A stretch of 64,000 nucleotides of DNA from Paramecium tetraurelia (Eukaryota). Where the stretch lies: the NCBI GenBank assembly GCA_000165425.1, contig CT868552.1:186001-250000 (forward strand). The letters are read 5' to 3'. Under the pieces are notes generated by a model. The model did no database searches and was not told the origin of the DNA. It saw nothing but the letters and a program-made list of their open reading frames with translations. Positions 25,604 to 38,494 of this stretch are shown here, in pieces; the stretch's first letter is position 1, and every line of letters begins with the position of its first letter. A program made the translations under genes and the position numbers.

Positions 25604-26843
25604 ATGCTGAAGAAACTCAAACCTATCCTCTTATCTGTTACTACCATAGGTGTAGGCTATTTTTGTGTTCAACGAGAACTCAATATTAATTTGGGAATCT
25701 TTGACGCCTTTTATTATCAACTCTATAAATACTCTCCTCATTACGCTGTTCAATTTATAAAGCTGATGTCTTATTAAAATTTATTGTGGAAGCAAGATCT
25801 CTACACTCAAGAATAGAATCTTAATGACTAAATAAAATTAAAGAATTAACTTGGATTAGCTAGTGGATTTGATAATGATGGCTCCTTTGTTGAAACCTTA
25901 TAAAATTTAGGATTTGGCTTTATTGAAATTGGTTCAATAACAGCTTAAAGAAATATAAGGTTTAGTGAAGATTTGAATACTTATTCAGTTAAAGTAAATT
26001 AAACCAAATATCACACAGAACGATAGCATAGAATATTTGAGCGAAATTCCTTAAATGGGAATATTACAGAGCAAAGCCATTTTGACATCACTACGAAGAA
26101 ATTATGCAATAAAGATTCCTGTGGGGGTTAGCATAATGCCATCAGAGGAAATTTATAAGTACACCCCATATTTAATTGAAAATGACATTTCTAATGTTAC
26201 AAGGTATAACATAATCAAACAATTAGAGAATTATGCACTGTAGCTGATTTCCTTGTTCTTAATCTTGTAAGTAGTTAAAGAACTAGTAAATTATATAATG
26301 ACATCGTTACCAATAATACAGATGTTATTAAGAAAATGATTCAATCTATATAAATTACTTAAATTGAAGAGATTGGTCTATAAGCTGCTTTGGAACATGA
26401 AACTAAGAATGAACTTAAAGGAGACAATTAAGTTAGGGAATATTTAAGCACTACTTAACTCGGATTGAAATAGTAATATCTATTTAATATAATTAGAAAC
26501 TTAGTTGCTCCTTTGTATATTAAAGTATCATCAAATATATAAAAAACCATCCTTGATTTTCTATTGGAAGAAGCAAAAGGAAATAAAATTTAAGGAATTA
26601 TTCTTTAAAAGGATATCAATTAAAACGATTTAGAATATAATAAAACACTTAAATAAGTGAGATAATAGCTTCCAAAGTCATGCACTTTGATTAGCGTTGG
26701 AGGAATCAAAACTAAAGTACAATTTTAGGAAAGATTAAATAACGGAGCTGATGCTTGTTAAATATTTTCATCTTTTGTTGCTAAAGTAATTTAGATATTC
26801 GATATTATAGGGACCTCACGTCATCAAAGATATTTTGCTGTGA
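25604..26843 (+). CDS. Divergent class-2 dihydroorotate dehydrogenase-like protein
   Basis: N-terminal basic+hydrophobic anchor; NQLGLASGFDNDG, LGFGFIEIGSIT, ADFLVLNL, PLYIKV, LISVGGI, GADACQIFSSFVAKGP; four small introns; several substrate motifs lost. Confidence 0.75.
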
Positions 26844-26880
26844 ATATTATAACAATAAAAATTTAATCAAAATAATTAAT

Positions 26881-29800
26881 TCAAAACCATCCCTTAATTC
26901 CTTTACTTTTATTTTTCTTATCTTTTTTCTCACCTGACTTAAAAAACAATTCTTAGCATATATTTTATTTATCTGCCATTTCTATCATACTCAAAATAAC
27001 ACCTAAAATCGATTCAGCAATTTCAGGATTTCTATATTATTGATATTTTTAAATTTTACTTATTTAAAATAGCAGTGAAGAATTATTGACATAATCCTTT
27101 TAATTATTCATATTAATTTTTTAATGTGATTAAATCTTAAGATGAATCGCTATTTTATTATAAAACTTGTGGGTGCTCTACCAATTATTCCATTTTATCG
27201 GATTGCTGTTTTTCTTAAGCATTAATAACCATAATCTAATTTTGTAACTATATTTATAATTCCTTTTTTTAACTTAACATATAAGGAATTTATTACCTTT
27301 CTAATTCTTTAATTGTAGATTGTAATTGGAAAATCAAAACTTCAAGTTTCTATTTCTCCTCTTCATATGCTCTATTAATTAGATAAGATTTTATACTTGT
27401 TTTTTTGTTCCAAATTGCTATATTTTTTCAATAGATCAGAATTTTCATTATCTAAATATTTTATATAATCTTATTAATCCTTCTCATAATCATTCTTTGC
27501 CTTTTATCCTAATTTAATTTCTTCGGCTAAATCATCCCCTTCTTGGTTTTCTTCATCTTAATTATCATCAAATGTAAATTATTTCTTTTATTTATTTTGA
27601 GGGAATATTTAATCTCTCTCATATAATTAGTTTTATAATTCTTAGATATGTTTTTCTCCTTCAAGTAATATCTTTGAAAATTTGTTTGGGTCAGATTCTA
27701 TATTTTAAATTGGACTAGGAGTGCCCCCTCTATTAATAAAATCTTAAAGTAATCTTTAATATAAATTTTATGTTCTTACTTATTTTATTCTTTTAACTAG
27801 ACGATTTCTTCATTCAATTAACCCAATTTTGTATTTAATTCTTATTCCTTCAAATGAAATACATTTTATTATAATAAAATCTTTTATTATAACAGAGAAT
27901 CATTGTCAGATAAGTTCTATTCATCTTCTCCAAGATCTGAAAATTAATCAAATTGACATTAGTTTTAGCTTCTCCTTGATCTATTACTCAAAATTGACCT
28001 ATTCATTTATATTTCCTTATATTAATTTTCATAATTCTCTATTTTTTCCTTATGCTCATGCAATTCAGCTTGTAAAATTTAAATAGTCTACTCATGGTCT
28101 TTCAACCTCAAATAATTTATTTTTAATTCTTCTTATAAATCTGTAACATTTTTTTTCAAAATTTCATTTTCTTCCTTTAATTTTTAGACTTCATGTAATT
28201 CAGGATTAACTTCTTTCTATTGTCTTTGATTTTATTCAATTATTTATTATAATTCTAACTCTTCGTCTTCTGAATGCTAACTAATTAAATCAATATCTTT
28301 AAAATTGTCTAATTGAAGGCAATTTTAACTTCTCTTTGATCTATTACTTAATATGGATTTATTCATCTACTTTTCTAATATATTTTCATAATTGTCTAGT
28401 TTATCTTTAAGACCTTTAATTTCCATTTGTAAATTCGAGATAGTTTATTCATAATCACCATTCCTTTAATTATTAATTATTTCCTATTCTTAATCCGCAA
28501 GCTTTCTTCTCATTATATCATTTTCTTCTCTCAATTTTGACACAATAGTTTTATCCTAATTTTATTCTTCTTAATCTGTTTCATTATTCTATTTTTTCAG
28601 TTATTATGTCAATTCTAAAATTTGTTTCTCTTCATCTTCAGAATTCTTGCTTGTTTCTTCGATATCATTAAATTAATCTAATTAGATCGCATTCATACTT
28701 CTTTTGGATCTATTACTGATGAAAGATTTATTTAATTTAAACCCTCTCAACTCATTGATATTTTGCTTCAATTATTCAATATGTTTATCCTTCTCTTCAA
28801 TAACTTATTTTAATTGAGCTATCTCTTCTCCTTAGATATCATTACTTTATGGCAATTATTCTAATTTCGAGATTTTAATTAATTATTAAAATTCTTATTA
28901 AGTAAATTCCTCTTCTTTATTAATATCTTCAATCTACTTTTATAAATTTTCTATCTCAAGTTTTTATTTTGATATAAGTTGTTGATCAGAATTAAATCTA
29001 TCCTCATACTGGTTTATAGATTATCCTTAATCAATTAATTTATTTTCTTTGCATTAAATTTTATTATCCTTTTCTTCAATACTTGCTTCAAGATTTGAAA
29101 TTTTCAAATTCAACCTTTCTTCTTATTTTTTTATTTCATCTTCAAGTTTTAAGACTACGATACCTAATTCTTCATTAGTTGATTAGATTAGTTTTAACTC
29201 CTCTTCTTTATTCTAAATACTTATTAAATGATTTTAATATTCTTTCTCTTTATTCAGCAATAATTATTCCAATTTATTTTACAACTATTCAAATTCATCC
29301 TCTTTACTATTTAGTTTACTGAGAGCATAATCTTTTATTTTAGATAATTGAGTAATTTAATCTTCATATTCTACTGTTTTTTAACTTATTTCTAACTCGT
29401 AATTTGTTAATTTCTGTTTAAATTCATTAATTTCTTGATCTTTTATAAGAATAATTTCATTGTATGTATTAAGTCTGTCTTATTACTGTTAGATTTATTG
29501 AACAAATTCAGAATTCTATTCTTGAAGAATTCTTTTATCATTTGATAATGTTTATTTTTCGATTGAGTATTATTTACCTAAGTTTTCATTCAAACCTTTA
29601 AGAGAATCAATTACTATATCTTTTTCATTTTAAGAACTTTTTAGCTCAATAAGTTATTGCTAAATTTATATCATTTGAATGTTTAAATCTTCCTTTATGC
29701 TTCTCTCGATATTAAGATGATCTAAGAGAGTCTAATTCTCTCACTTTATCTCCTCCTCTAATATAAACTACCCCCTTATTAATCTCAAATAGCCATTATA

Positions 29801-32800
29801 TCTCTCTTAATATTAATTTGACTCATATGTAATCTCAATTAACTCATTTAAGACATTATTCATAAAATTATTCATTTATTCAAAAATCTAAGCTTCTATC
29901 TTTTTAAAATATTCATTTTATTTTGAAATTAATTCGCCCATTTTGATCTCATATATTTGTTATTATTCATGAATCCCTTTATCTAAGTTTGACAATATAC
30001 TCATCCTTTTTCATTAATTCTGAATTTAAAGTTTCATTTAAGTTCTTTATTATTTCGTTGTCCTATAATTATTTTTACTAATCAGAATTCCATTTTAACA
30101 AATAATCTTAATTCTTCTCTTCTAACTATTTAATTTATCTTTTATATTCTTGGTTTTCCAATTACAAGGCTGATATTTCTAATTAAATTTATTAATTTAC
30201 AGACACTTATGTATCAAAACTTGCTGCATTGTTAATTTTATCTCTATCCAATTCTATATTTAAACTCTTCAATGCTGATATCTCTTCCTATTATTACAAG
30301 CATTTTGTATTTATTTCATATTCTTGTCCTTAGGCTTTTAATAATTTTTCATTTAAATCAATGTTAGTATTTCGTGATTAAATATTTTCACTCTCTAACG
30401 ATTTTATTAATTCTTATTACTATATTATTTTCACTCTCTATTTTGATAACTTATATTAAAAGTTGTATTTCTAATTATTAGAATTACATTGATAATTAAT
30501 CTAATTACAAGGTATTGGCTATTTCTTAAATTTATTAGGAGTAATTGTTGTATATTGTTTTGAGAAGTACTTTACTCTACTCCTGGATTATATTCTAATA
30601 TTCTAGTTCTTTATCAACCTAATTATTATCTATATTTTATTATTCTAAAACTCCAAATTATGAAGATGTATTATTTAACCTAGATTATAATTCTTCATTT
30701 TCTTATTTTAGTTGTTCTATAAGCTCAGTACTTTTGATGATATGGTTATTCTGTAATTAATCAATTTCTTGCTTAAATTGATTATTTAATTGTTCTAATT
30801 GATATTCTTTTTCTTCTAATTGTATTACAAAAGTATTAATTTCCTGCTTATAATTTCTTTCCATATCAAGGAATTAATTCTATTTATTCTTCAATTATTA
30901 AGATTGATCATTGATAGTTTATTCTAATTATCTGAGTTATTACTATTACTAAAGGAATTAATCGTTTAATTCATTATAATATTTGTGAAGTTAATCGAGT
31001 TGACTTTATTTGTCAGAATTTTCTACAGATTATGATTAAATTGAGCGTTCTTAATTCTCTTTTTAAGTCAACAATTAAGAATTTTAATTTTATAAAGTAT
31101 TCAATGAAATTTCATTTTCTTTTTGATGAGTTTACAGCAATTGCTATAAATCTTAATATTATTGTTTTAAGACATTTTCACGAATTGATAAATCAAATAT
31201 TTTTTACTCATTATCATTTTTGCTTTAATATTTATTAATTCATATTTTATAATATCTTGATTAAGTTAATTGAATTTAATGTAATAATAGTAAAAATTAT
31301 TTTTTTATATTTACTTTGCTTTTTTTATTATTTTTTACAATTTTCTTATTTTTTTCTCTTTATTTTATAAATTTCTTTATTCTTTTTCTTATTTTATTTT
31401 TTCATTTTATGTATATTTTTTNNNNNNNNNNNNNNNNNNNNNNNNNNNNNNNNNNNNNNNNNNNNNNNCTCTATTTTCATATTGTTATTAAATTGTTATT
31501 CTTTACTCTAAAGATTCTTGATTTAGTTCTTTTAATTTTGAAATTTCATTCTCATAAATAGAATTTTAACTAATTGAATCTCTCAATTTAAATTATAAAT
31601 TTTCTCTCTCCATTTTTAAGCCATCTATCTGTTATGATTAAACTTAAAAGTCTTATGTATTGTCTTAAATTTATTAATTTAATTAGATCAATTCATTTTC
31701 TAGTTCAATAACTCTTTATTATTCCTTTTCAATCTTTTCCTTTTATAGTGTAATACAGTTATCTTAATCTAATTCAATTTTTTTTTAAGATTCTTACATC
31801 ACTTCAAGATCTTCTATCTTTTAATATTATTCCTAATTTTCTAAGATTAACTGATTAATTTCTTATTCTTGATGTTTAACTTTTTGTCTTAAATTGTCTA
31901 TTGTTTTAAGTAGTTCTTCATTCTAATTTACGTATTCAGCATTAGCTGTAAAATTGCCATTTTGTAATTCTAATGCTCTATCAATGATTGATTCACCTTT
32001 GATCTCAATTACCTGTTAATCAAGCAGGTCGTTAAGGTCTAATAAATTTTCATTTGATTGTTCTAAATTATTTTTATCGCAAATTTATTCCACCTGTTTG
32101 CTTTATCCAATTATAATTTAGTTATTATTGAAATTTTAATAATGTTTTAAAGCAATAATCTCGCTTTATTGTTCCTTGATTATGCCATTTAGTTTTTAAA
32201 TTTCAATTTTTAAAAGGCCAATTTCTTAATTTACATCAGTTTATGTTAAAATTAGATATTCATCATCATTTTTATCTAATTATTCATCGTTCGATTTTTC
32301 TTCAAATTGATCTTACTCTTTTTAATTTATTGATTAGAGATTAACTAATTAATTAATTTAATCCTAGATTATTTTATTATCTTGTTAATCATGTTCTATT
32401 TTCGACAGAATTTATTCATATTCTGCAAATTTCTCCTTTAAATTTTAATAATCTTAAGCTAAATTCTTATATCTCCATTATAACTCATCTTTTTCTCCTT
32501 ATAAATTATCTAAAGTATCTTATACCTTTTAGCTTTATTATTGTTGATCATTTATTTATTTTTGTAGAATTTCATTCCTTTAGCTAGCTTGATTGATCTC
32601 CTATTCTCTGAAATGAGCTTTTATTGATTTAATTATTAATTTCCATTTTATAAGTTCTCTATTTAGTTTTTACACTCCTTTATTAAATCTAATTATTATT
32701 AAATTTAAGTTTATTGGTCCAGGTATTTATTATTTACATCTTCGAAATCTTAAATCAAAGACTTATTTAAATTAAAATATTCATTTATTTCTAATCTACA

Positions 32801-35482
32801 CTTATGTAAATCTTATGTAAGTTTTATTCGATTGAATACCAAATCATGTAAAGGATTATCATGCGTCATCGTATTTGATCATTTGCTCTCTTTAATTTAC
32901 ACTCTAATTATAAAATTTCTTACCTCTATTATATTAATTCTTACTTTGTTGAATCAACTAATTCATTTTTTTATGTTAACATTTCTTCTTTATTTTCAAT
33001 TTGAGTTTGCAATTGATTGATTTATTCATTTGAAACAATTAATAATTATTTCAGTTCTTTTATAACATCTTAAAGTTATTAAGTCTATTTTTTTTATTCG
33101 GTTAAGGAGTATTCATTTTATGAAAGACTATTCTACTATTCTAAGAACAAATCATTAATTTTTTAGTATTACTCTTGTAATAAGTTAAACTCATGATTGA
33201 TTTAATTAAAAGTATCTTCTTTTTCTTTTAGTTTAGTGAGTAATTGCTGTTGATTTTAAATTTCTTTATTTAGAGTTTCAATTTTTTAAGTGAATTATTA
33301 ATTTTAATTCTTTTAATAATTTAATTAATTATTCAATTCATTAATTTTGTCATAATTATTCTCCAAGTTTTCATTTAATTATTAGATATCATTTTTTTGT
33401 TGTCCTATATATATATTTAAGTTATCAATTAATATTTTATATTTATTTAGTTCCTATTTTAGGTTCTCAATTTCCCTTTCAAATTAACAACTTAAATCAT
33501 TTAAAAATTCTTTTTCATTTTGAGCTTATTGTTATTATTACTCTTGTATTTATTTAAATTCTTATTCCTATTAGTTTAATTAGTTTTTTAATTCATTTAT
33601 TTCAGAATAATATGAGATTATTTATTTTTCAAGATAATCATTTGCTTTATTCAATTCATCTATGTTTGAAATGAGACCTTATTTTTCTTTATTTAAGATT
33701 AGATTCTAATCTTCACTTTGTTTTAAATGATTTTGCAATTATTTATTAAAGTTGGTTGCTTCTTCTATTTCAAGTTGATAAATTATACGTTAATTATTAA
33801 ATTAATCTATGGTATTTTTCTATTGATTTAATGAAGCTTATAAGTTTGTAATTTATTAATGTTATTTTTCTATTTGATCTTAATAGTATTAAATTTGCAT
33901 CTCTTATTCTTAAGATTGCAATTAGCGTTTTTTAATTTCACTTTCTAGTTCTTTAATTAAAATTTGATTTTCTTCAGATTATTACAATAAATAACCTACT
34001 TGAGAAGTTAGATTTGCATTTTATATTTATAATTATTCTTTGTCTTCCTTAAGTTTAATTAAATCTTCGTGAATTATTTTTATTTAATCTTTTAATGATT
34101 AATTTTCTTATTTAAATTATTCTTATTGTTTTAAAACATCTAATTATGCTAATTGAGATTAATAATCTTATTCTTGCTAATTAATTTGATTCAATAAAGT
34201 TTATTTGATTTCTAAGAAGTTGTCAAATTAATCTTATTTTTCTTAAGATATATAATTTATTTAATTTCTCAATTAATTTAATTATTATACATATTGGTTT
34301 GATTAGGTAGAATGGTCTTAAACCTATTCTTTTAAAGATTCTATTATTTTTTCTAAATCAAATATTTTTTCGTCTTTTAATGATGATTCTTCTCTTTCTT
34401 TGGTAAGTTGGATTTAATATTTCGAAATGTCATCCTTTAAATTTTATTTATCAATTTCAAGATTTTTAATTTTTTCTAAAAATTTAAGTCACTTAACTAA
34501 TTATTTTGTTTTTGAGTGTTGATATATTGTTCTTATACTTTGATTTCATATTCCAACTCATCATTTTATTTTCTTAATTTAGAATTATTATCATTATATT
34601 CTTGTATTTAATTTTACAAATAAGAAAACTCCTTATCTTGTTACTTTTACTTTTCTTGGAAATTTATGAGTTATAATTCAGCATCTTTTAATGAGTTGTT
34701 AAGATTTTTATTTTCTATTTTTAATAAAGCACATTAATCGTTTGATTTTTTTAGTTTTTGTTGTAAATCAAGGATTTTCGAATCAAATTCTTAATATGAA
34801 TCTTCAGACTCTACTTACCACTAATATCTCTAATTGTTTTGTTACACTATATAATAGAATTAAAATATACTTCTTTTTTTATCATTTATTGTAGCTTAGG
34901 CTATTCTGACTAATTCTGTTAATTAATTTCTACTAACATTGGATATTGGTTCCAATTATTTTTTTAATTTTGCAATTTCATTTGAATAAGAATCATCAGA
35001 TTGTAGACAATCTTCTTTTTTCTTATTTTAATCTGAATGTAATCCAAATGTTTCAAATTTGAATGGGTCAACTGATTTCTGATTAGATTACTTTTCATTG
35101 CTATATTCAAACTATTTTGGAGATTAAACCAATTGATTTGGTGATTGTATACTTGGAGAATAAGGATATTCTTTTAATTTATACCCACTGCTAAATGATT
35201 TGGTTCCATTATCGAGTATTTGCTTAATGCTTAGATAAATTGGTATAATACATCTATTAGAGGTCTTAGCGTTGAAGTTGGCTATTAGTAGAATCACTTC
35301 TAATAGGTTGATTGGATACTGCATTATACAGTCTATTATAAGAAAAATCTCTTATTCTTGCTTACAGATTCTCAAAGGTTTCTGCATGAGAGCGAGAGTC
35401 CTTTCTAAATGATAGTAATTTCATAAAATTACTTTTTAGGTCTATGCGATTGATTTCTGGTTGCTTCACGATTAGGATTCAT
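26881..35482 (-). CDS. Giant coiled-coil protein (~2,700 aa) with GRIP-like C-terminus; possible golgin; spans an assembly gap
   Basis: Q/E/K heptad sequence over ~8 kb (spot-checked, not verified codon by codon); C-terminus YEQLKGLCQQFFTAILNKNPEIAESILGVILSMIEM...KGIKGWF*. Confidence 0.65.
31422..31468. other. Assembly gap (47 N)
   Basis: Run of n characters; left flank is T-rich and probably a low-quality read end. Confidence 0.99.
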
Positions 35483-35549
35483 TTATAACTATAATTTTAA
35501 ATATATTATATATAAAAATATAATAAATTCCACTAATTTAATTAAGCCA

Positions 35550-38432
35550 TCATAGATTTCCACTGTATTACAATAGGATGTGTGTCATATTAATATATTA
35601 TATTTTCATTGCATATTTAATAGCTTTCTCATGACTACTTATTAATTAGAATAGTTACAACTCAATTGCCTATTTAGGTTCTTGCTATTCTAATTCAATT
35701 TTAATATTTTCTAATTCTTTTTTAGCTTATTCAATCTCTAATTTCTATTTCTCTAATGATTTTCCATTTATGTTTGTCAAAGCATTCTAAATGTATTCCA
35801 AAGACTTCTAATGTTGATAGTTTAGATGTGAATCAGAATCTTCAGGTATTCATGTTAAACTTTAGATTATTTATAAAATTCAAGAGATTTAAGTGCATAA
35901 TTAAGTCAAAATTCCTCTTCTACTGAAATCTGATTCCATATTAAATACAAGATTGATTGAAGAGGATGTACCAAATTCAAAGGGGGATCTAAAAGCAAAA
36001 TTATTTTTTATGATGTATTCGTAAAGTTCATTTATTAAACTATGCATAGATTAAAATCATACTTCTTGAAAGAGTCTTAAAAACAATACATTTGTATCAA
36101 TTATTATTTCCTTAATGTTGGGGATTTCAGGTTCACTACATTGACCAAGCAACTCTTAAAATTCAAGCATGGTTTCAAAGGCTTCTTCAAATTTACCTAA
36201 GTAGATTAAAAAAAATAAATGATCTGAAACCAATGACACTTTATATTCCACCGCAGCATCTTATAATAATTTTTTCAATTAACTAATAACTTGTAATCCA
36301 TAATCTTAACATCTAAAATTTTTACCTAAATCCACTTAAAATTATGTTTGTTTGAATGGTTTATCATGAATTTACATAGGCGGTTGATTTCCTAAAAGCT
36401 GTTTAATTTTTGAAACCTCTTAAATCAATTAATCAATATCAAGAATTGGGGATTACAAATCCTACCTGAACATTCTCTTTAGTAATTGAGCTAGAGCCGC
36501 AAACTTTTGTTTTTCAATCATCTAATTTATATTTGGTAACATGATATCAATATTATTGGTTTGACTTGGCTAAGGGTAATATAGAACCACATAAATTATT
36601 CTAGCTAGAATCCATATCTGTGCTTATTAAACCTATTCATCTGTAAAATTGTTAGTGTGTTGTGTTATCAAATCATTTGTATTTTCAATTTTCTCCTATT
36701 TTTCTAATCTTATTCCTATTAATCAATATTTTAAATGATCAGTGGGTCCATATAATCTGGTTTAATTATTGTAGGATACTAATTAAAAGGGGTTGGAATA
36801 TAAGTGGCAATATAAAATGTGTTTTGATATTGGTTTTAATTTATATAGTGGAACCAAACACTTTTGCCAGTAATCCCAATGTAGTATAACCCTTATTTTT
36901 AGTATAGTTTGATTTATTAAGCCATATCTAATAATATTTGAAGCAGCTAGGATTCAGAAAATGTATGCAATTCATTTTATACTAATTAATACAAATTGAT
37001 AGTTCCTAATTCAACTAACAAACAATGTTTATTATCGATATTTTTAGTTTTATTCTTGTTTTAAACTTGCTATCTAGTAAACAAGATTAATCATTGTCAA
37101 TATAGACTTTTTCTTAAGCAAAGTTTCCTAACAAAGTGAGAATGCTTTTCTATCTTAAATGCTCACTAAAATCATTTCAATTGATATTCTAACATCAATA
37201 ATCCAACTCTCTACTAATATACATTTGTTCTATCTAAGCAATTCAAACAATTTGTTCTAACAATTCCTCTTTGTTTCAACTTTCTTTAATTTGTTAATAA
37301 ATCATAGGCATTAAATTAAATATTTTAAATAAAATTACTGATTTTCATTATGACCTAATTTATTCTATGGAAATCAACATCTTATGTAATTTCATCAAAA
37401 TTATAATATATATATCTTAATTTATCAGGTTAATATTGATGAACTCCTAATTCATATGCCTAGATCAAATCATGTTCTGCTTATTTATTTTAATTCATTA
37501 AGTTCACAGCTAACACTCTCTCGTTTTTTTTCAAAAATTAAATTGTTGAAATGATTTGTAAATGCAATATGATTTTCTTATTCAGTTCCGTACAATTCTA
37601 ATTTCTTCATTAATAAATTTCCTGATTCTCTCCAAAATACAGGAACACTCCCTCTAATTTATTTAAATTAAGATTTCAAATTGGCTACAACTACTATCTA
37701 TGTTGTTTCCACAAAATTAGCCACATTTCCATCTTTCTACACACCCGTTTAAGCCAATCTAGTCCCTGGAGCTTTCAAAGATCTTTTGGTTATTAAGGCT
37801 ACTTATACTCTTTTGCCTTCCAAATACACTGAATAACTATCCATAAATCCTTGAATTATCAAAACATCCTAATTTTTGATTTATTGTGTATATATTTATT
37901 TGCATAGTCCTCTGTTCCACATATATTCCTCTCTATCGATATCATCGCATTTCTCATATGGAAAATAGAATCCTTTTGAAAATAAATTTTTCAGAATTGA
38001 TGTGGCATCTTAGATTTCTGTAACATAAGCAGCTATGTTGTCTAAGGCTATAAATTTGGTGGAATGAATGCGAAAGAAGTCCTTATAGAGAGGATGCAAT
38101 TAATGATGAGTACAACGATCGACCATCAATAAAAATATCACTGATTTTATGTTTATGAAACCTAAAAATGCAGAATATAGTTAGGATGATTCTTAAAGTT
38201 TGCAACTTTTAGATCCTCAACAGAAATACAAAAATCTTCTCGATTGATTATTAATCGTGTAGTTATTTAAAGACTTTTACTTTTGGGTTCTCTTTCATTT
38301 TATTCAAGATTTACTATAATTTCTGATTGTTTAATGAGTACCTTAATTGCTTAGATATTTGAGGTATAGTAAATTTTGATTCTAAGTAGTAATCTCTCTT
38401 TTGAAATCTATTTTATTGATTAAGTCAACCAT
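35550..38432 (-). pseudogene. SAC-domain phosphoinositide phosphatase-like pseudogene (3' extent uncertain)
   Basis: SAC motifs IIQGF, LITKRS..APGTR, GNVANFVETTQ, QIRGSVPVFW, RTNCLNCLDRTN; frame breaks at ~38210, ~37525 (A8 run) and ~36720; in-frame TGA at 37172-37174. Confidence 0.7.
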
Positions 38433-38494
38433 TAGTAAATTTAATTTATAAACTATAATGGGAAGTAAATATCAATTATTTATAATACACTCAT

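Noticed and set aside
31210..31468. Phe/Leu-rich 'membrane' ORF next to the N run
   Set aside because: Antisense of K/E-rich coiled coil plus probable low-quality sequence at a contig end
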